DNA of 64,000 nucleotides from Bacilli bacterium (GTDB lineage Bacteria; Bacillota_I; Bacilli_A; RFN20; CAG-826): NCBI GenBank assembly GCA_045598525.1, contig JAZLMH010000006.1, positions 2,375 to 66,374 of the forward strand, read 5' to 3'. Shown piece by piece: positions 62,575 to 64,000 of this stretch (position 1 is its first letter; each line of letters starts with the position of its first letter). The notes under the pieces were generated by a model. It saw only the letters and a program-made list of their open reading frames with translations, ran no database searches and was not told where the DNA came from. The position numbers and the translations under genes were made by a program.

Positions 62575-62626
62575 GAAACCCCTTCGCCGCAAGCAAGGAG
62601 GGAAGGGAAGAAAGAACCTTGTTCAT
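62525..62626 (-). CDS. 33-codon overlapping ORF (unit 1)
   Basis: GGAGGGGAtcctATG gives MNKVLSSLPSLLAAKGFHVGDDNNPDTGLSDTS*. Confidence 0.3.
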   Translation of the reverse strand: MNKVLSSLPSLLAAKGFHVGDDNNPDTGLSDTS

Positions 62627-62756
62627 AGGATCCCCTCCATATACTTATAGAGGGGGATTTCGAAAAATTACGAAAAAAGTTCAAAATTTCCGAAAGTTTT
62701 ACAATTCATTTGAGAGAGCCCGCCACCTGTCACCTGGCAGGCAGCCTTCCACCGCC

Positions 62757-62785
62757 TTGCCAAGGCCGTCGTCTTATGCTATTAT
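62757..62785 (+). promoter_or_regulatory. promoter-like boxes facing the shared terminator (unit 2)
   Basis: TTGCCA-N17-TATTAT, 13 nt upstream of the terminator stem. Confidence 0.4.
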
Positions 62786-62798
62786 ATTCTTAGTTTGG

Positions 62799-62830
62799 GA
62801 GGTAGGTTCGCACCTACTTCTTTTTGTTTT
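62799..62830. terminator. bidirectional terminator, unit 2
   Basis: GAGGTAGGT-tcgc-ACCTACTTC plus TTTTTGTTTT. Confidence 0.6.
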
Positions 62831-62888
62831 CCCTGACACTAAGAATCATCAATAAAATCACCGTAAGGATGATAATGATGCTTTCCAT
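62814..62888 (-). CDS. 24-aa hydrophobic Lys-tailed peptide, B-type
   Basis: MESIIIILTVILLMILSVRENKKK*. Confidence 0.5.
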   Translation of the reverse strand: MESIIIILTVILLMILSVRENKKK

Positions 62889-62940
62889 AAAACTTCTTGG
62901 CCAATGGCGAGAGTGGGAAGGAAGAAAGGATCACTCTCAT
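62839..62940 (-). CDS. 33-codon overlapping ORF (unit 2)
   Basis: GGAGGGGAttatATG gives MRVILSSFPLSPLAKKFYGKHHYHPYGDFIDDS*. Confidence 0.3.
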   Translation of the reverse strand: MRVILSSFPLSPLAKKFYGKHHYHPYGDFIDDS

Positions 62941-63070
62941 ATAATCCCCTCCGTATACATATAGAGGGGAATTTCGAAAAACGACGAAAAAAGTTCAAAA
63001 TTTCCGAAAGTATCAGAATCCATTTGAGAGAGCCCGCCACCTGTCACCTGGCAGGCAGCCTCCCCGATTC

Positions 63071-63098
63071 TTGCCACGGCGGTTATCTATGCTATAAT
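63071..63098 (+). promoter_or_regulatory. promoter-like boxes (unit 3)
   Basis: TTGCCA-N16-TATAAT. Confidence 0.4.
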
Positions 63099-63108
63099 AA
63101 AATTGCTT

Positions 63109-63204
63109 TTAGAATTTGAAGTGGGCGAACTCACTTCTTTTTTTATCCGCAATCTTAAGTAGTATTAGATAGACCAAAAGAAGGATTATGGTCGTCTCCG
63201 ACAT
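63109..63204 (-). CDS. 31-aa A-type peptide variant with an altered tail
   Basis: MSETTIILLLVYLILLKIADKKRSEFAHFKF*. The tail differs from unit 1 in a way consistent with a 1-nt change in the A-run. Confidence 0.4.
   Translation of the reverse strand: MSETTIILLLVYLILLKIADKKRSEFAHFKF
63118..63145. terminator. bidirectional terminator, unit 3
   Basis: GAAGTG(G)-gcgaac-(T)CACTTC plus TTTTTTTT. Confidence 0.5.
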
Positions 63205-63256
63205 AAAACCTCTTCGCCAACGGCAAGAACGGAGAGGCAGAAAGGATTACTCTCAT
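63155..63256 (-). CDS. 33-codon overlapping ORF (unit 3)
   Basis: MRVILSASPFLPLAKRFYVGDDHNPSFGLSNTT*. The SD here is the weaker GGAAGGGAA. Confidence 0.25.
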   Translation of the reverse strand: MRVILSASPFLPLAKRFYVGDDHNPSFGLSNTT

Positions 63257-63367
63257 GATTTCCCTTCCATATACATATAGAGAGAGGACATTAAAAATTC
63301 ATGAAAGTTTTGTAATTAATTTGAGAGAGCCCGCCACCTGTCACCTGGCGGGCAACCTTCCACCACC

Positions 63368-63396
63368 TTGCCAAGGCCGTCATCTTATGCTATTAT
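63368..63396 (+). promoter_or_regulatory. promoter-like boxes (unit 4)
   Basis: TTGCCA-N17-TATTAT. Confidence 0.4.
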
Positions 63397-63410
63397 CTTC
63401 TCAGTATCGG

Positions 63411-63442
63411 GAGGTAGGTTCGCACCTACTTCTTTTTATTTT
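63411..63442. terminator. bidirectional terminator, unit 4
   Basis: GAGGTAGGT-tcgc-ACCTACTTC plus TTTTTATTTT. Confidence 0.6.
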
Positions 63443-63500
63443 CCCTGACACTAAGAATCATCAGCAAAATCACCGTATGGATGATAATGATGCTTTCCAT
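63426..63500 (-). CDS. 24-aa hydrophobic Lys-tailed peptide, B-type
   Basis: MESIIIIHTVILLMILSVRENKKK*. Confidence 0.5.
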   Translation of the reverse strand: MESIIIIHTVILLMILSVRENKKK

Positions 63501-63552
63501 AAAACTTCTTGGCCGAAGGCAAGGCTAGAAAGGAAGAAAGGATCACTCTCAT
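63451..63552 (-). CDS. 33-codon overlapping ORF (unit 4)
   Basis: MRVILSSFLALPSAKKFYGKHHYHPYGDFADDS*. Confidence 0.3.
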   Translation of the reverse strand: MRVILSSFLALPSAKKFYGKHHYHPYGDFADDS

Positions 63553-63659
63553 ATAATCCCCTCCATATACATATAGAGGGGAATTTCGAAAAATGACGAA
63601 AAAAGTTCAAAATTTGAATTTTTTTGAGAATAAAAGTTTATTTCTTTTATAATGTGCTT

Positions 63660-64000
63660 ATGGAACCAAACAAAGACTTAGAACAAATACTTGGCGGAAT
63701 CGATAAAAGCGTCACGGTGTGCGCCGCGACGAAATATGTTGATGAGGTTGATTCTTTGAAATTGCTCAAATACGGGATCAATAATTTCGCTGAAAACAGA
63801 GTGGATTCTTTTCTAAAGAAACATGAATCTTTAAAAGGGCAAGGGATCATTTGGCATTTTATTGGCCATCTTCAGTCAAACAAGGCAAAATTGATTGCCG
63901 GTAAGATTGATTACCTCCATTCGCTTGATTCTCTTAAATTAGCAAGAATCCTTAATGAAAATAGAGTCACTCCCCTTAATTGCTTTATCGAAGTCTCTAT
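63660..64000 (+). CDS. yggS: YggS-family pyridoxal-phosphate homeostasis protein, 3'-truncated at window edge
   Basis: My translation: MEPNKDLEQILGGIDKSVTVCAATKYV..NNFAENRV..IIWHFIGHLQSNK.. Absent from the ORF track because there is no stop in the window. Confidence 0.8.
   Translation, partial: MEPNKDLEQILGGIDKSVTVCAATKYVDEVDSLKLLKYGINNFAENRVDSFLKKHESLKGQGIIWHFIGHLQSNKAKLIAGKIDYLHSLDSLKLARILNENRVTPLNCFIEVS

Larger units (their letters stand above)
62396..63625. repeat. tandem array of four ~300-bp small-peptide modules in A-B-A-B order
   Basis: Unit starts (GAGAGAGCCCGCC) at 62396, 62712, 63026 and 63323, giving unit lengths 316, 314, 297 and ~302 bp. Confidence 0.9.

Noticed and set aside
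62619-63596. Plus-strand ORFs 62619..62855, 62904..63119 and 63255..63596 across the repeat array.
   Set aside because: They read through terminator hairpins and promoter-like boxes. Their frames are not conserved between A and B units, and they have no SD. The small minus-strand ORFs explain the conservation better.
62396-63625. CRISPR array.
   Set aside because: The repeat unit is ~300 bp with no unique spacers between short repeats, and there are no cas genes in the window.
1-64000. Mycoplasma-type genetic code (UGA = Trp).
   Set aside because: TGA terminates well-supported genes (e.g. the SnoaL-like gene at 38253-38255, overlapping the next start as ATGA). Long ORFs are intact under code 11 with Trp encoded by TGG.

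Overview
Low-GC chromosomal segment that uses the standard genetic code (TGA is a stop, e.g. 38253-38255). AddAB, many lipobox lipoproteins and Firmicutes-type promoters and terminators suggest an Erysipelotrichia/Acholeplasma-like Firmicute; this is an inference. No integrase, transposase, CRISPR array or rRNA was recognised.

Layout:
- 0.9-9.3 kb: FNT transporter, two Fic/DOC-family genes, ribF-truB, a yafQ/dinJ toxin-antitoxin pair and a secreted phosphatase lipoprotein.
- 9.5-16.8 kb: accessory-looking stretch with two SHOCT proteins flanking about 650 nt of GC-rich non-coding sequence, then topo-type zinc-finger, NERD and XRE genes and a large zinc-ribbon membrane protein.
- 17.2-33.1 kb (minus strand): addB-addA-(72 aa)-metallophosphoesterase-SMC-like ATPase-macro-domain protein, followed by four tiny genes and an ADP-ribosylglycohydrolase. 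A WYL-domain regulator is transcribed divergently.
- 34.5-45.7 kb: alkylation repair, a redox operon, MarR/TSCPD/Gpx, and tRNA-Phe, tRNA-Asp and tRNA-fMet.
- 45.9-59.5 kb: cluster of paralogous surface lipoproteins plus a membrane-anchored, domain-permuted GH3, then an AraC regulator.

Most unusual features:
1. An approximately 300-bp module repeated four times in tandem at 62.4-63.6 kb, with 1.4 further copies at 0.45-0.88 kb. Each unit encodes a 24-aa hydrophobic, Lys-tailed peptide overlapped by a 33-codon ORF that has a strong, hairpin-sequestered SD. Each unit also has a convergent promoter-like element that shares a bidirectional terminator. This architecture resembles type I toxin-antitoxin loci (hok/mok/sok or par/fst).
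2. Three GC-rich structured non-coding regions (4.7-5.2, 10.8-11.4 and 33.1-33.4 kb). The third shows GGAGG/CCUCC motifs in four large hairpin loops.
3. Macro and ARH enzymes attached to the double-strand-break repair operon.

All coordinates for small elements were counted by hand and may be off by 1-2 nt.
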